Shown here in pieces: positions 42,917 through 53,342 of a stretch of 64,000 nt of DNA. Below the pieces are notes generated by a model. The model saw only the letters and a list, made by a program, of their open reading frames with translations. It was not told the origin of the DNA and made no database searches. How positions within the stretch are numbered: the first letter of the stretch is position 1; each line of letters starts with the position of its first letter. This DNA is from Candidatus Multivorans sp. (lineage in GTDB: Bacteria > Acidobacteriota > Thermoanaerobaculia > Multivoradales > Multivoraceae): the NCBI GenBank assembly GCA_965224025.1, contig OZ245033.1:1952001-2016000 (forward strand). The letters are read 5' to 3'. The translations under genes and the position numbers were made by a program.

Positions 42917-44424
42917 TGATGGCATTTCGATTCAGAGACTGTGCGCTCGCCGTGGGACTGATCGCCGCGTTCGGCTGTCAATCTTCTGAGCCGCCACCGG
43001 AGACCTCGATTCCCCCACCGGCGCCAGCACCGCCGCCGAACATCGTCGTCATCGTCGGTGACGACCTGGGCTACGGCGACATCGGGGTGTACGGCTCGCA
43101 GATCCCCACGCCTCACATCGACCAGTTGGCACGCGACGGCGTGCGCCTGACCGACGGCCATGTGTCCGCAGCCGTCTGCAGTCCGATGCGAGCGGGTTTC
43201 CACACCGGGCGGTATCAGAATCGCTTCGGCTGGGAGTACAACCCCACCGACCACAACCTCGGGCTTCCGTTGGATCAGAAAACGGTCGCCAACCACTTTC
43301 AGGACGCCGGCTATGTCACCGGCCTGATCGGTAAGTGGCACCTGGGCGTGGCCGAGCCGCACCATCCACTCCACCGCGGCTTCGACGAGTTCTACGGAAT
43401 GCTGGGAGGCGCCTCCAGCTACATCGACTCCCGACTTCCAGGCACCCACGAGTGGCCCGCCGAGGGAGCCCCCACCACCCGCACCAGCGACTCGCGTGTC
43501 ATCCGCGACGGCTTCGAGGTGATCGAGGTCGAGGAGTATCTGACTGACGTCTTTGCCGAGAAGGCGGTCGACTTCATCGATCGCCACGCCGACGAGCGCT
43601 TCCTCCTGATGCTGACTCCCAACACTCCGCACACCCCGCTCCAGGCGACCGACGAGTACATGGAGCGGGTGCGGCACATCGAAGGCGATGGAGCGCGCGT
43701 CTACGCTGCGATGGTCGTCTCGCTCGACGACTACGTCGGCGACGTCGTCGCGGCCCTACGCAAGTACGACCTCGAGCGCGACACGCTGGTCGTCTTTCTC
43801 TCCGACAATGGGTGCATCAACTACATGACCGAGCCGATCTGCACCAACGCGCCGCTGGCGGGGAACAAGCGCTACCACCTGGAAGGCGGTCATCGTGTTC
43901 CCTTCATCCTCAAGTGGCCGGCGGGCCTTCCTCAGGGCGAGGTCTACCGCGAGCTTGCCAGCGCACTCGATCTCTACGCCACTTTCACTGCCGCGAGCGG
44001 TCTCGAAGCGGATAGCCCGGACAGCGTCAACCTGCTTCCGCATCTACGCGGCGAGACCAGCGAGCCGCCGCACGAGTTCCTCTATTGGCGGGCGGCGCCG
44101 AACATCGCCATCCGCTGGGGCAAGTGGAAGATGTGGAGAGTGAACAACACCGACATGGAGGTCCCTGACGGGCGACCGGGCCAGACGACCCCGCTGAGGG
44201 AATACCCACCCGACGACTCACCCATGGGTCAGACCACCGTTCTGTACGATCTGGAGGCTGACATCGGCGAGACCAACAACATCGCAGATCAGCACCCCGA
44301 GATCGTAGAGCGCCTGGAGAGCGAGCTCGCCGCCTGGGAGGCCGAGCTTGCCGAGCCACTCTGGGTCAACCATCGCGGGACTCTTCACTCGCTTCACGGT
44401 CAGACGGTTCAGCTCTTCTTTTAG
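42916..44424 (+). CDS. Arylsulfatase-family lipoprotein
   Basis: Lipobox AFGC, DDLG, CSPMR, GKWHLG, SDNG. Confidence 0.92.
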   Translation: MMAFRFRDCALAVGLIAAFGCQSSEPPPETSIPPPAPAPPPNIVVIVGDDLGYGDIGVYGSQIPTPHIDQLARDGVRLTDGHVSAAVCSPMRAGFHTGRYQNRFGWEYNPTDHNLGLPLDQKTVANHFQDAGYVTGLIGKWHLGVAEPHHPLHRGFDEFYGMLGGASSYIDSRLPGTHEWPAEGAPTTRTSDSRVIRDGFEVIEVEEYLTDVFAEKAVDFIDRHADERFLLMLTPNTPHTPLQATDEYMERVRHIEGDGARVYAAMVVSLDDYVGDVVAALRKYDLERDTLVVFLSDNGCINYMTEPICTNAPLAGNKRYHLEGGHRVPFILKWPAGLPQGEVYRELASALDLYATFTAASGLEADSPDSVNLLPHLRGETSEPPHEFLYWRAAPNIAIRWGKWKMWRVNNTDMEVPDGRPGQTTPLREYPPDDSPMGQTTVLYDLEADIGETNNIADQHPEIVERLESELAAWEAELAEPLWVNHRGTLHSLHGQTVQLFF

Positions 44425-44500
44425 GGGATTATATCTCTAGGTTGACAAACTGGCTCTCCGTCCGGTAGGGTATACCTCACGGTTGACGGAGGGAGAAGCG

Positions 44501-45487
44501 ATGAACGACACAGAACTCAAGGCACCCGGCAAGGCTCACCGGAAGGGCATCACGCTGTTCGACTTGCAGCGGATGTTCCCCGATGAGGAAGCGGCGCGGC
44601 AGTGGTTCGAGGCGATCGTCTGGCCGGACGGCGAGCGCTACTGCCCGCACTGCGGCACCGACAACAACCACGAGTGCAGCCACGCGAAGATGCCGTACCG
44701 CTGCCGCGACTGCAAGCGGTACTTCTCGGTGAAGACCGGCACCGTGATGGCGCGGTCGAAGCTGCCTCTGCTCAAGTGGCTGTACGCGATCTACCTCGAC
44801 ACAACGAGCCTCAAGGGCGTGTCGTCGATGAAGATCCACCGTGACCTGGGCGTCACTCAGAAGACCGCGTGGTTCATGCTCCAGCGCATCCGCGAGTTCA
44901 GCGACTCGGGGCCGACCGTGCGCTTCGAGGGACCGGCAGAAGCCGATGAGGCGTACTTCGGCGGTCTGCGGAAGAATATGCACGCGAAGAAGCGCAAGAC
45001 CCTCGAAGGCCGTGGCTCTGTCGGCAAGACAGCGGTGGTGGGCGTCAAGGACCGCGAGACCGGCATGGTGGCGGCGCGTGTCGTCCGTTCGACCGACGGC
45101 GAGACCCTGCAAGCGTTCGTCCGTGAGCACGTCGAACCCGGCGCAACGGTCTACACGGACGATACGGGGGCGTACAGCGGTTTGACCGAGTACGAGCGCG
45201 GCACCGTCAAGCACTCGGTCGGCGAGTACGTTGCGGGCAAGGTTCACACGAACTCGATCGAGAGCTTCTGGTCGATGCTCAAGCGCGCCCACAAGGGCGT
45301 GTACCACAAGCTCTCACCGAAGCATCTACAGCGCTACGTCAACCAGTTCGCGGGCCGTCACAACTTCCGCGATCTCGACACGCTGGCGCAAATGGCGTCC
45401 GTCACCGAGGGGCTGGCGGGCAAGCGGCTCCAGTACCGTGACCTGATCGCCGACAACGGCCTGCCGTCCGGCGCTCGCTCGGCATGA
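44501..45487 (+). CDS. IS1595-family transposase
   Basis: CPHC...CRDC, EADEAY, YTDD, HTNSIES. Confidence 0.95.
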   Translation: MNDTELKAPGKAHRKGITLFDLQRMFPDEEAARQWFEAIVWPDGERYCPHCGTDNNHECSHAKMPYRCRDCKRYFSVKTGTVMARSKLPLLKWLYAIYLDTTSLKGVSSMKIHRDLGVTQKTAWFMLQRIREFSDSGPTVRFEGPAEADEAYFGGLRKNMHAKKRKTLEGRGSVGKTAVVGVKDRETGMVAARVVRSTDGETLQAFVREHVEPGATVYTDDTGAYSGLTEYERGTVKHSVGEYVAGKVHTNSIESFWSMLKRAHKGVYHKLSPKHLQRYVNQFAGRHNFRDLDTLAQMASVTEGLAGKRLQYRDLIADNGLPSGARSA

Positions 45488-47070
45488 ACCCACCGGACGC
45501 GGGCACGCTGTACTACGGTGACTGCCTCGACTGGATGCAGCGATGGGACGATCAGTCCGTAGACCTGATTTACCTCGATCCGCCATTCAACTCGAAGGCC
45601 GACTACAACATCCTCTACTCGGCTCGCGGCGGCGCTGACGCGCAGTACCGGGCGTTCAGCGACACATGGGCGTGGGACGAAGCCGCGGCGGACCGCTACG
45701 CGGCCTACGAGGGTGCGCCCGCACGACGCGCCCACGACGCGATAGTGGGCCTACGGCACGCCATCGGCCCGTCCGGGATGCTCGCCTACCTGACCTACAT
45801 GGCGGAGCGCTTGGAGCACATGCACCGGCTCCTCAAGCCAACAGGTTCGATCTACTTGCACTGTGACCCGACCGCGAGCCACTATCTCAAAATCGTCATG
45901 GACGCGATCTTCGGTGTGCCGAATTTCCGATCCGAAATCGGATGGAAGCGAACCAGCAGCCACAACGACGGCGCGCAGGGAAGACGACAATTTGGACGTG
46001 TACTGGATCGCGTCCTCTACTACTCGAGGGGCGACGGTTGGGCTTGGAATCCGCTGTACACGCCATACGATGACCAATACGTCGACGGTTTCTACCGCTA
46101 TGTCGAAGAAGACACTGGACGGCGCTATCGACTCAGCGATATGACTGGGCGCGGCGGTGCAGCGAAGGGCAACCCGCAGTACGAGGTACTGGGCGTAACG
46201 CGCTATTGGGCCTACTCCCGCGAGCGGATGCAGCGGATGATCGACGAAGGACGGGTTGTACAAACAGCGCCGGGCCGCGTCCCGGCCTACAAGCGCTATT
46301 TGGACGAGGCCAAGGGCCGGCCGTTGCAGGACCTATGGACGGACATAGGGCCGATCGGCGCCCAGGCGAAGGAACGGATGGGTTACCCGACCCAGAAGCC
46401 CCGCGCGTTGCTGGAGCGGATCATCGAAGCGAGCAGTAACCCTGACGACCTGATTCTCGATCCGTTCTGCGGTTGCGGTACGACCATTGAAGCGGCGCAG
46501 CGTCTCGGCCGACAGTGGGCCGGGATCGACATTTCGTCATTCGCTATCGACCTGATCCGTGAGAAGCGGCTGAAGAACCGGACGATCCCGACGAAGGGGA
46601 TCCCGGTCGATCTCGCATCGGCGCGCAAGCTGGCAACCGAGCAGCCGTTCAGCTTTGAATCGTGGGCGGTGACGCGGCTCCCCGGTTTCGCGCCGAACAT
46701 GAAGCAGGTTGCGGACGGCGGCGTGGACGGTCGCGCCGTGATCGCCGCTCAGCCGGACGACTACGATTCCCGTCTCGCGCTGGCGCAGATCAAGGGCGGT
46801 GGATTCCATCTCGGAGCGTTGCGGGACTTCCGCCATGTCACAGACCGCGACGAAGCGGCTCTCGGCTGCTTCGTCACACTGGAACCAGTCGGCTCGCGTG
46901 CAGCGCGGGCGGAAGCGGCAGAGGCTGGCACGATCAGCGTGTCCGGTCAGCCCTACAGGAGAATGCAGCTATGGCCGATCAGCGAGTACTTCGACGGGAG
47001 ACTGCCACGCTTGCCGACGATGAACGATCCGTACAGCGGCAAGCCGATGGCGCAGCAGGAACTGTTCTGA
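45484..47070 (+). CDS. N6/N4 DNA methyltransferase fused to Mrr-like PD-(D/E)xK domain
   Basis: DPPF, YPTQKP, DPFCGCGT; C-terminal FESW...DGGVDG...AQIK; ATGA overlap with the transposase stop. Confidence 0.88.
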   Translation: MNPPDAGTLYYGDCLDWMQRWDDQSVDLIYLDPPFNSKADYNILYSARGGADAQYRAFSDTWAWDEAAADRYAAYEGAPARRAHDAIVGLRHAIGPSGMLAYLTYMAERLEHMHRLLKPTGSIYLHCDPTASHYLKIVMDAIFGVPNFRSEIGWKRTSSHNDGAQGRRQFGRVLDRVLYYSRGDGWAWNPLYTPYDDQYVDGFYRYVEEDTGRRYRLSDMTGRGGAAKGNPQYEVLGVTRYWAYSRERMQRMIDEGRVVQTAPGRVPAYKRYLDEAKGRPLQDLWTDIGPIGAQAKERMGYPTQKPRALLERIIEASSNPDDLILDPFCGCGTTIEAAQRLGRQWAGIDISSFAIDLIREKRLKNRTIPTKGIPVDLASARKLATEQPFSFESWAVTRLPGFAPNMKQVADGGVDGRAVIAAQPDDYDSRLALAQIKGGGFHLGALRDFRHVTDRDEAALGCFVTLEPVGSRAARAEAAEAGTISVSGQPYRRMQLWPISEYFDGRLPRLPTMNDPYSGKPMAQQELF

Positions 47071-47113
47071 GGGAGCATTCCATCTACGGCGGGCCTAGGT
47101 GAGCGGCGCTGTT

Positions 47114-47248
47114 ATGAAGATCAAGAAGCCTCGCCGCAAGGGATTGAAGGCCAACTACAACGGCGCGACTCCGAAGCAGGTGGCGCACTGGCTGCTGATG
47201 AAGGACCGGGCGAAGCCGGTCAAGGCCACCAAGAAGGCCGAGGCGTGA
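47114..47248 (+). CDS. Small basic hypothetical protein (44 aa) next to the TIR
   Basis: MKIKKPRRKGLKANYNGATPKQVAHWLLMKDRAKPVKATKKAEA; below the ORF-track cutoff. Confidence 0.5.
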   Translation: MKIKKPRRKGLKANYNGATPKQVAHWLLMKDRAKPVKATKKAEA

Positions 47249-47355
47249 TCGGTTTCTGTCAACCTACGGATATAATCCCCTTCTTTTAAGGCTCCGCGTC
47301 CTACAATTCCAGAGAGCGTTGTCGCGGCCTCCGAGACACGACTCAGCCGCTCGCC

Positions 47356-47400
47356 ATGAAGCCTGGCCGGGCGATTGTCGATACAAACGTCGTCGTCTCC
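47356..47400 (+). pseudogene. PIN-domain toxin N-terminal remnant
   Basis: RAIVDTNVVVS motif, then homology lost. Confidence 0.45.
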
Positions 47401-47572
47401 CGACAGGCGGCGGCTGATCCTGGAATCGCTACCCGTCCGAGCTCACTGGCGTCCCGGTATGATTCTTGCAACCATTTGCGCATTAGGGTCATTTTTGACA
47501 TAGTAGCCCGCTTCGAGCCGAACCCGGTCTCAAGCGGGACTCAAACATAAGGGCTCCTTCTGGAGGACAGCA

Positions 47573-50278
47573 ATGCTGCGAGCGAAAGCTGCCACTGTCA
47601 GGTCAGTTCTCTGTGTCTTCGCCATCGCCTGTGTGGTTCAGGCGCCGCTCTTGGCCGATGGTCCGCAGACATCGACCATTGACGGCACCATTACCGATGC
47701 CCAGGGTGCCGGCCTGCCCGGCGTCACGGTGACCCTGGCCGGCCCTCAGAACACCAGGAGGGAGATCACCAACGCCGAGGGCGACTATCGCTTCGCCCTG
47801 CTGCAGCCCGGCAACTATAAGGTGACCGCCAACCTCGAGGGTCTCGGCTCCGCCGAGCGCGATGTAAAGCTAGATCCCGGCCAGCGCCAGGACGTCGACC
47901 TCACCCTCCAGGCGGCCACCTCCGAGACCATCACCGTCACCTCCGAGGCGGCGCTGATCTCGAAGTACGACACCGGTGCCGCTTCTGCCATCCCGGAAGA
48001 GGCGCTCGAGAACGTCACCTACTCCTCGCGCAACTACAATTCGAGCGTCAGGCAGATGCCGACTCTGGTGACGCGCAGACAGGAGAATGATTTCCAACCC
48101 TCGGTCAACGGTGGCATCCGCACCGAGCTGGGTGTTTTCATCGACGGCGTCGACGTGGGCATGCCTCTTCGCGGCGGCGAGCTGCGCTTCCAGCTCCCGT
48201 CGAGCGCGATCACCGAGACCAAGATGGAAACGGCCGGTTTCGGCGCCGAGTACGGCCGCGCGACGAACGGAGTGATGAACTCGACGATCAAGACCGGCAC
48301 CAACAAGTTCCACGGCGACTTCCTCTATATCGGCCAGAACCCGAGTTGGCGTGACGAGGACTGGCTCGGAATCGAGCGCCCCGATGAGATGATCAACAGC
48401 TTCGAGACCTCGCTCGGTGGCCCGATCTGGCCCGACAAGGCCTGGTTCTTCGCCTCCTACAACGAGATGAGTGACAACCGGCTCGACCAGACTCGTACCG
48501 CCGTGGTGACCCCCACCTCGCGCGAAGCGGAGCCGCTCATCGCCAAGGTGAACGCCCAGCCCGGCAACCGCCACCAGCTTTCGCTAACCGCCATCGACTC
48601 CCCGTCCGTGGCGATCGCCGGGTCCGGCATTGTGCTAGCCGGCGACCAGTACTCCCTCATGAGCTTTCCGCTCAATAACCGGATTCAGACCCTGACCTGG
48701 AGCTTCGCCATGACCAGCTCGGCGTTCCTCGAGGTCAAGGGCGCCAACCGCGAAGAGTTTATTGCACGCGTTGCTTTCCCGCCAGCTCCGATCGTTCCCC
48801 GCGCCTCGGTCGACTCTCCCAACGGCAACGACTTCCGCTACATCGATCTCAACAACGCTTTGCGCTACAACGGTCCCCTAATAGGCCTGGGGTCTGGGTT
48901 CAACGACCTTCCGCGCGATCAGGCGAATGGCTCGGTGACTCTCTTCGAGGGCAATCACGAGATCAAGGTCGGCGTCGACATCCAGGACATCACCTTCAAC
49001 AACCTGACCGACATCGGTACCGAGTATCGTGGCCGCGGTTTCTGCCGCGAGTGCCCTTCTGGCTACGACAGGCCGGCCAACAAGCGGGTCTACGACCCCG
49101 CCGCCCCGATCTCGATGGATACTCTGATGAGTGCTGCCTATGCCCAGGACCGGATCGAGGTCGGTGACCACCTGACCTTCCACCTCGGCGTGCGCTACGA
49201 CGAGCAGTGGATCGAGAACGACGTCATGGAGCGGGTCAACGACTACGGCGAGTGGGCGCCGCGTGCATCGGTGGTCTACGACATCAACGCCGACGGCAAG
49301 ATGCTGGTGCGGGGAAGCGCCGGCCGCTACTTCCGCAACATCGGCCTCACTGTCATCTTCCAGGAGTTCACCCGTGGCAACAACGGCGCGAACATCTACA
49401 ACCAGTTCCTGTGGAATCCCGCGACGGAGCTCTACGATCGCTTTCAGCGCCGCATCGAGCCCTCCTCGAGTAATGACGTCGCCGGCATCGAGCCCTACTA
49501 CAAGGACGAGGTGTCGGTGGGCTTCGACTGGCAGTTCGCCAACAACTGGATCTTCACCTCGCGCGCGGTTGTGCACGAGTCGGATGACCTCTACTCGGCC
49601 AGCCTGCAGTTCGACGAGGACGGCGAGGTCTTCCGCGACCTGCGCAACTGGTCCAACAACTACCGCGAGTACGAGGGCCTCTCGTTCCAGGTCAACCGTG
49701 CGTTTCGCAACAACTGATCGCTGCAGTCTAACTTGTCGATCGGTAACGCCGACGGCACCATCGAGTCCTCCAGCGACGACGACAACCACAACGAAGGCTT
49801 CGGCGGCATCGAGGTATCGACGGGCGATCTCAACACCACCAGTAGCCCCTTCTGGGACGGGCCCATGACCCACGACCGGGAGTTCATGGTCAACATCGTC
49901 GGCCTCAAGCGCTTCGTGTTCGGCAAGCATGACCTCATGACCAGTGCTTACTTGAAGTATTCCGCCGGCGAGCCCTGGGCATTGCACCCCTCCACCAGGG
50001 TGGCGCACCCGGTGTCCGGCCAGACCATCAGAACCTCGACTTTCCGCGAGCCGAGAGGCTCTCAGCAAATGGAGGACTTCTGGAACCTCAACCTGAGTGT
50101 CACCTACCAGTTCCCGATTGCGGGCTCGGTGCAGGGCAGTATCGGCGGTGAGGTTGCCAACGCCACCAACGAGCAGGCTGTGGTCCGGATCAACGAGAGG
50201 ACCGGCAGACCGCATTCCTCGGTCGCGTCTCACCAGTACCCGCGGGAGTATCGCCTCAAGGTCGGTTTCCGCTTCTAA
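47573..50278 (+). pseudogene. TonB-dependent receptor interrupted by a single in-frame TGA (49715-49717)
   Basis: ORFs 47573-49717 and 49733-50278 share a frame; C-terminal barrel signature REYRLKVGFRF. Confidence 0.85.
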
Positions 50279-50314
50279 GCAACGTCGGGACACGATCGGC
50301 TTGCCTGAGGTTCC

Positions 50315-50349
50315 AAGACACCGGCGGCCGCCGCCGGTGTCTTTTTCTT
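50315..50349 (+). terminator. Rho-independent terminator
   Basis: AAGACACCGGCGG-ccg-CCGCCGGTGTCTT followed by TTTCTT. Confidence 0.85.
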
Positions 50350-50446
50350 ATGTCTGAAAGTCGCTCGACGGTCTCGACGACCGGCCTGCGCTGCTCATCA
50401 AACTGTGCATCCGACAGCTGGGACTTCTGAAGGCAACAAAGGAGAC

Positions 50447-51348
50447 ATGATGAAGCGCACGTGCAAGAGATTCGCGTTGGGTTTGGCAGTCGGCGCGATG
50501 TGGGTCGGGGCGGGCAGCAGTTTGAGCGCCGCGACGCCCCCGGGCGTCGATGACTGCGAGACCTTGCCGGCGATGGACTTCACAAGCATTCAGGATGCGC
50601 CGACGCAGGCGACGGCGACCCGAATGGTGGAGGCCACCGGCGAGGTGCCCGCCCATTGCCGGATGGATGGGTATGTCACGCCCAATGTCCGGATCGTGCT
50701 AGACCTGCCCAACAGCGCCTCGTGGAACGGCAAGTATCTGCAGGCGAGCCCTGGTGGCCAGGGCGGCTCGACGGAACAGGAGGCCGGCTGGTGCGATGAG
50801 GCCTTGCGGAGAGGCTATGCCTGTCTCACACACGATACGGGGCATTTCGGCATAACAAGAAGGTCCTCGTGGGCCTACAACAATCTCCAGGCGGAGCTCG
50901 ATTACGGCATCCGCGGGTCACCATGTCGCCGCTCTGGCGGGCAAGGCCATCACCGAGCACTACTACGGCCGGGCGCCGGCGTTCTCCTATCATGTGGGCT
51001 GTTCCGCCGGCGGGAAGCAGGGAATGGTCCAAGCGAGTCGCTTTCCCTGGAACTTCGACGGCATTCTCGCCCAGGAGCCCGCGAACGTAACGGCCGTGGG
51101 CGTGATGATCCTGTGGAACGCCCTGGCATCGTACGACGCGGACGGCCAGCCGCTGTTCACACCCGCCGATCTGGACGTGCTGCACGCGGGGGCCATTGCC
51201 GCCTGCGATGCGGACGATGGCCTCGAGGATGGGATCATCGGTGGCGATCCGCGCACTTGCCAATTCGATCCGGCCGACCTCGCCTGCGCGTCGGGGCAGA
51301 CATCGGGCTGTCTATCGCCGGTCCAGGTGGAGGCGGCCAAAAAAAAGT
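50447..51348 (+). pseudogene. Tannase/feruloyl esterase, frameshifted and truncated by ISL3
   Basis: WNGKY, HDTGH, GCSAGG, CDADDGLEDG; frameshift near 50915; frame runs into the IS. Confidence 0.85.
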
Positions 51349-52846
51349 GCCTCTTTCGAGTTGCGAGTGGGTAGGGCGCGGGCGAGTGCAGATGCTGAGG
51401 GGGTCTTGGGATAGCGGCCTCCGCCGCCGTAGCCGCCGCCGTCGGGCTGTGGAATCTGCGGAAGACCGGTAGCGGCGAGGGCGCAAGCTGTCCGGTGGGG
51501 AGGGCGTTCGCGGCGATTTCGGGTGGCGGCTGTAGTCGCGGGCGATCGGAATGAGCAAGACTCGTCTCTCCTGTTCCGACTGAAGGAGGACGAGAGATGC
51601 AGAGGGAATTGTTCGCGAGAGCGCTGGGCGTGTCGGCGCCGTGGTTCGTTGACGGCGTGGACTTCTGTGAGAGGGAGCGTCGGTTGACGATACGGATCGA
51701 CTTCAGGAAGGGCAGCCGATTCGCCCACGAGGGGGACGGCGGTTCTCATCCGGTGCACGACACGCAGATCAAGCGCTATCGGCACCTCAACTTCTTCCAG
51801 CACGAGTGCCTGCTCGAGGCGCGAGTGCCCCGTGTGCGACTCCCCGACCAGCGGGTGGCGTTGGTGACTCCGCCCTGGTCGGGCAGATTGTCCGGCTTCA
51901 CGCTGCTGTTCGAAGCCTTGATTCTGGCCATGTGCCGAGACATGACCTTCGCTGCGGTGGCCCGGTTGACCGGGGTGTCGTGGCATCGGGTGCACGCGAT
52001 CTGCAAGCGCTACGTCGAGCTGGCGGTCGACCGGGACGACCTCTCCGAACTGCGCCACGTGGCCATTGACGAGACTTCCCGCGCCAAGGGGCACGACTAC
52101 GTGACCGCGGTCGCCGACAGCGAGCGCCGGCGCGTGGTGTTCCTCGCCGAGGGACGCAAGTCCGGCACGATCGAGGAGTTCGCCGACGATCTGCAAAGGC
52201 GCGGCGGCGATCCCGCCGCGATCAGCCGGGCGTCCATCGACATGTCGGCCGCCTTCCTCAAGGGCGTCGCCGAGAATCTCCCCAACGCCGAGGTGACCCT
52301 CGACAAGTTCCACGTCATGGCCCTGGCCTCGAAGGCGGTGGACGAGACCCGGCGCCTCGAACAGCGCCTCGATCCGTCGCTGAAGGGCCTGCGCTGGACG
52401 CTGCTCAAGAACCGCGACTCCCTGACGCCGGCCCAACGGGCCGACCTCGACCGCTTCGTCAAGAGGGTCGCCAGCCGACGCACCGCACGCGCCTGGCTCT
52501 ATCGGGAGCAACTCCGCGAAATTCTCAACCGCAAGCAGATCAACGTCGTGCTGCGAATGCTCCATCAGTGGTGCACCAACGTGAACCGCTCCAAGGTCGA
52601 ACCCATGAAGGCCGTCGCCCGCACCATCCGAAAGCACCTGCAAGCGATCGCTGCCTGGGCGCGAACCCGGCAGACCAACGGCTTCCTCGAAGCCCTCAAC
52701 GGACTCTTCCAGTCCGCCAAACGCAAGGCCAGAGGCTACAAGCGATTCGACACCATACGCATCGCCTTCTTCCTCATCGCCGGCAAACTCGACTTCCACA
52801 CGCTCAACCCGCACACCGCTTGACCCACTCGTAATTCAAAAGAGCC
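51349..52846 (+). mobile_element. ISL3-family element, complete (1498 bp)
   Basis: IRs GCCTCTTTCGAGTTGCGAGTGGGT / GGCTCTTTTGAATTACGAGTGGGT (20/24); no TSD. Confidence 0.93.
51597..52823 (+). CDS. ISL3 transposase
   Basis: IDETS, IDMS, DKFHV, NGFLEALN, KRKARGY. Confidence 0.95.
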   Translation: MQRELFARALGVSAPWFVDGVDFCERERRLTIRIDFRKGSRFAHEGDGGSHPVHDTQIKRYRHLNFFQHECLLEARVPRVRLPDQRVALVTPPWSGRLSGFTLLFEALILAMCRDMTFAAVARLTGVSWHRVHAICKRYVELAVDRDDLSELRHVAIDETSRAKGHDYVTAVADSERRRVVFLAEGRKSGTIEEFADDLQRRGGDPAAISRASIDMSAAFLKGVAENLPNAEVTLDKFHVMALASKAVDETRRLEQRLDPSLKGLRWTLLKNRDSLTPAQRADLDRFVKRVASRRTARAWLYREQLREILNRKQINVVLRMLHQWCTNVNRSKVEPMKAVARTIRKHLQAIAAWARTRQTNGFLEALNGLFQSAKRKARGYKRFDTIRIAFFLIAGKLDFHTLNPHTA

Positions 52847-53275
52847 ACTTTTCTTCCAGACGAAAGACGTGACAAAATTCGAACGCCCGAACAACTCGTC
52901 CATTACGACCTTGAGGTAGTGCGCCTCGTTGTCGTCAATCGACACCCAGATCGAGCCGTCCTCGGCCAGCAACTCCCTCAGCAACTCCAGCCGCGGCCAC
53001 ATCATCGCCAACCACTGGCTGTGTTCAAGGTTGTCGTCGTAGTGCTCGAATGCCGAGCGCGTGTTGTACGGCGGATCGATGTAGACGCATTTCACCCGGC
53101 CGGCGTAGAACGGCAGGAGTGCCTTGAGAGCGTCCAGATTGTCGCCCTGGATCAGCATGTTCGTCGCGTCGCAGTCACCAGCAGAAAGGTCGGCCGCCTC
53201 TTCGAACAGCCGGTAGGGGACGCGCTGCGCCGCACTGACGTCCTCTTCCCGGCTCAGCCAGTTCAAGATCGGCAT
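52847..53275 (-). pseudogene. Type III R-M Mod methyltransferase 5' fragment cut by ISL3
   Basis: NMLIQGDNLDAL, YIDPPYNT, SIDDNE; frame runs into the IS. Confidence 0.85.
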
Positions 53276-53342
53276 CTACAGGGATCGTCCTTCCCACGAT
53301 GGCGAACCACGCCGGCCCAAGAGGCCCGCGAACCAGGCGACG

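Larger units (their letters stand above)
44424..47280 (+). mobile_element. IS1595-family cargo transposon B (2857 bp), intact with TSD
   Basis: TIRs GGGGATTATATC(TC/CG)TAGGTTGACA (22/24); 8-bp TSD TTCTTTTA at 44416-44423 and 47281-47288. Confidence 0.96.

Noticed and set aside
49715-49760. Selenocysteine or TGA-to-Trp recoding
   Set aside because: No obvious SECIS, the position is not catalytic, and many other genes end in TGA
51341-51348. AAAAAAGT / ACTTTTCT flanks as an ISL3 target duplication
   Set aside because: They are roughly inverted, not direct repeats, and belong to different genes
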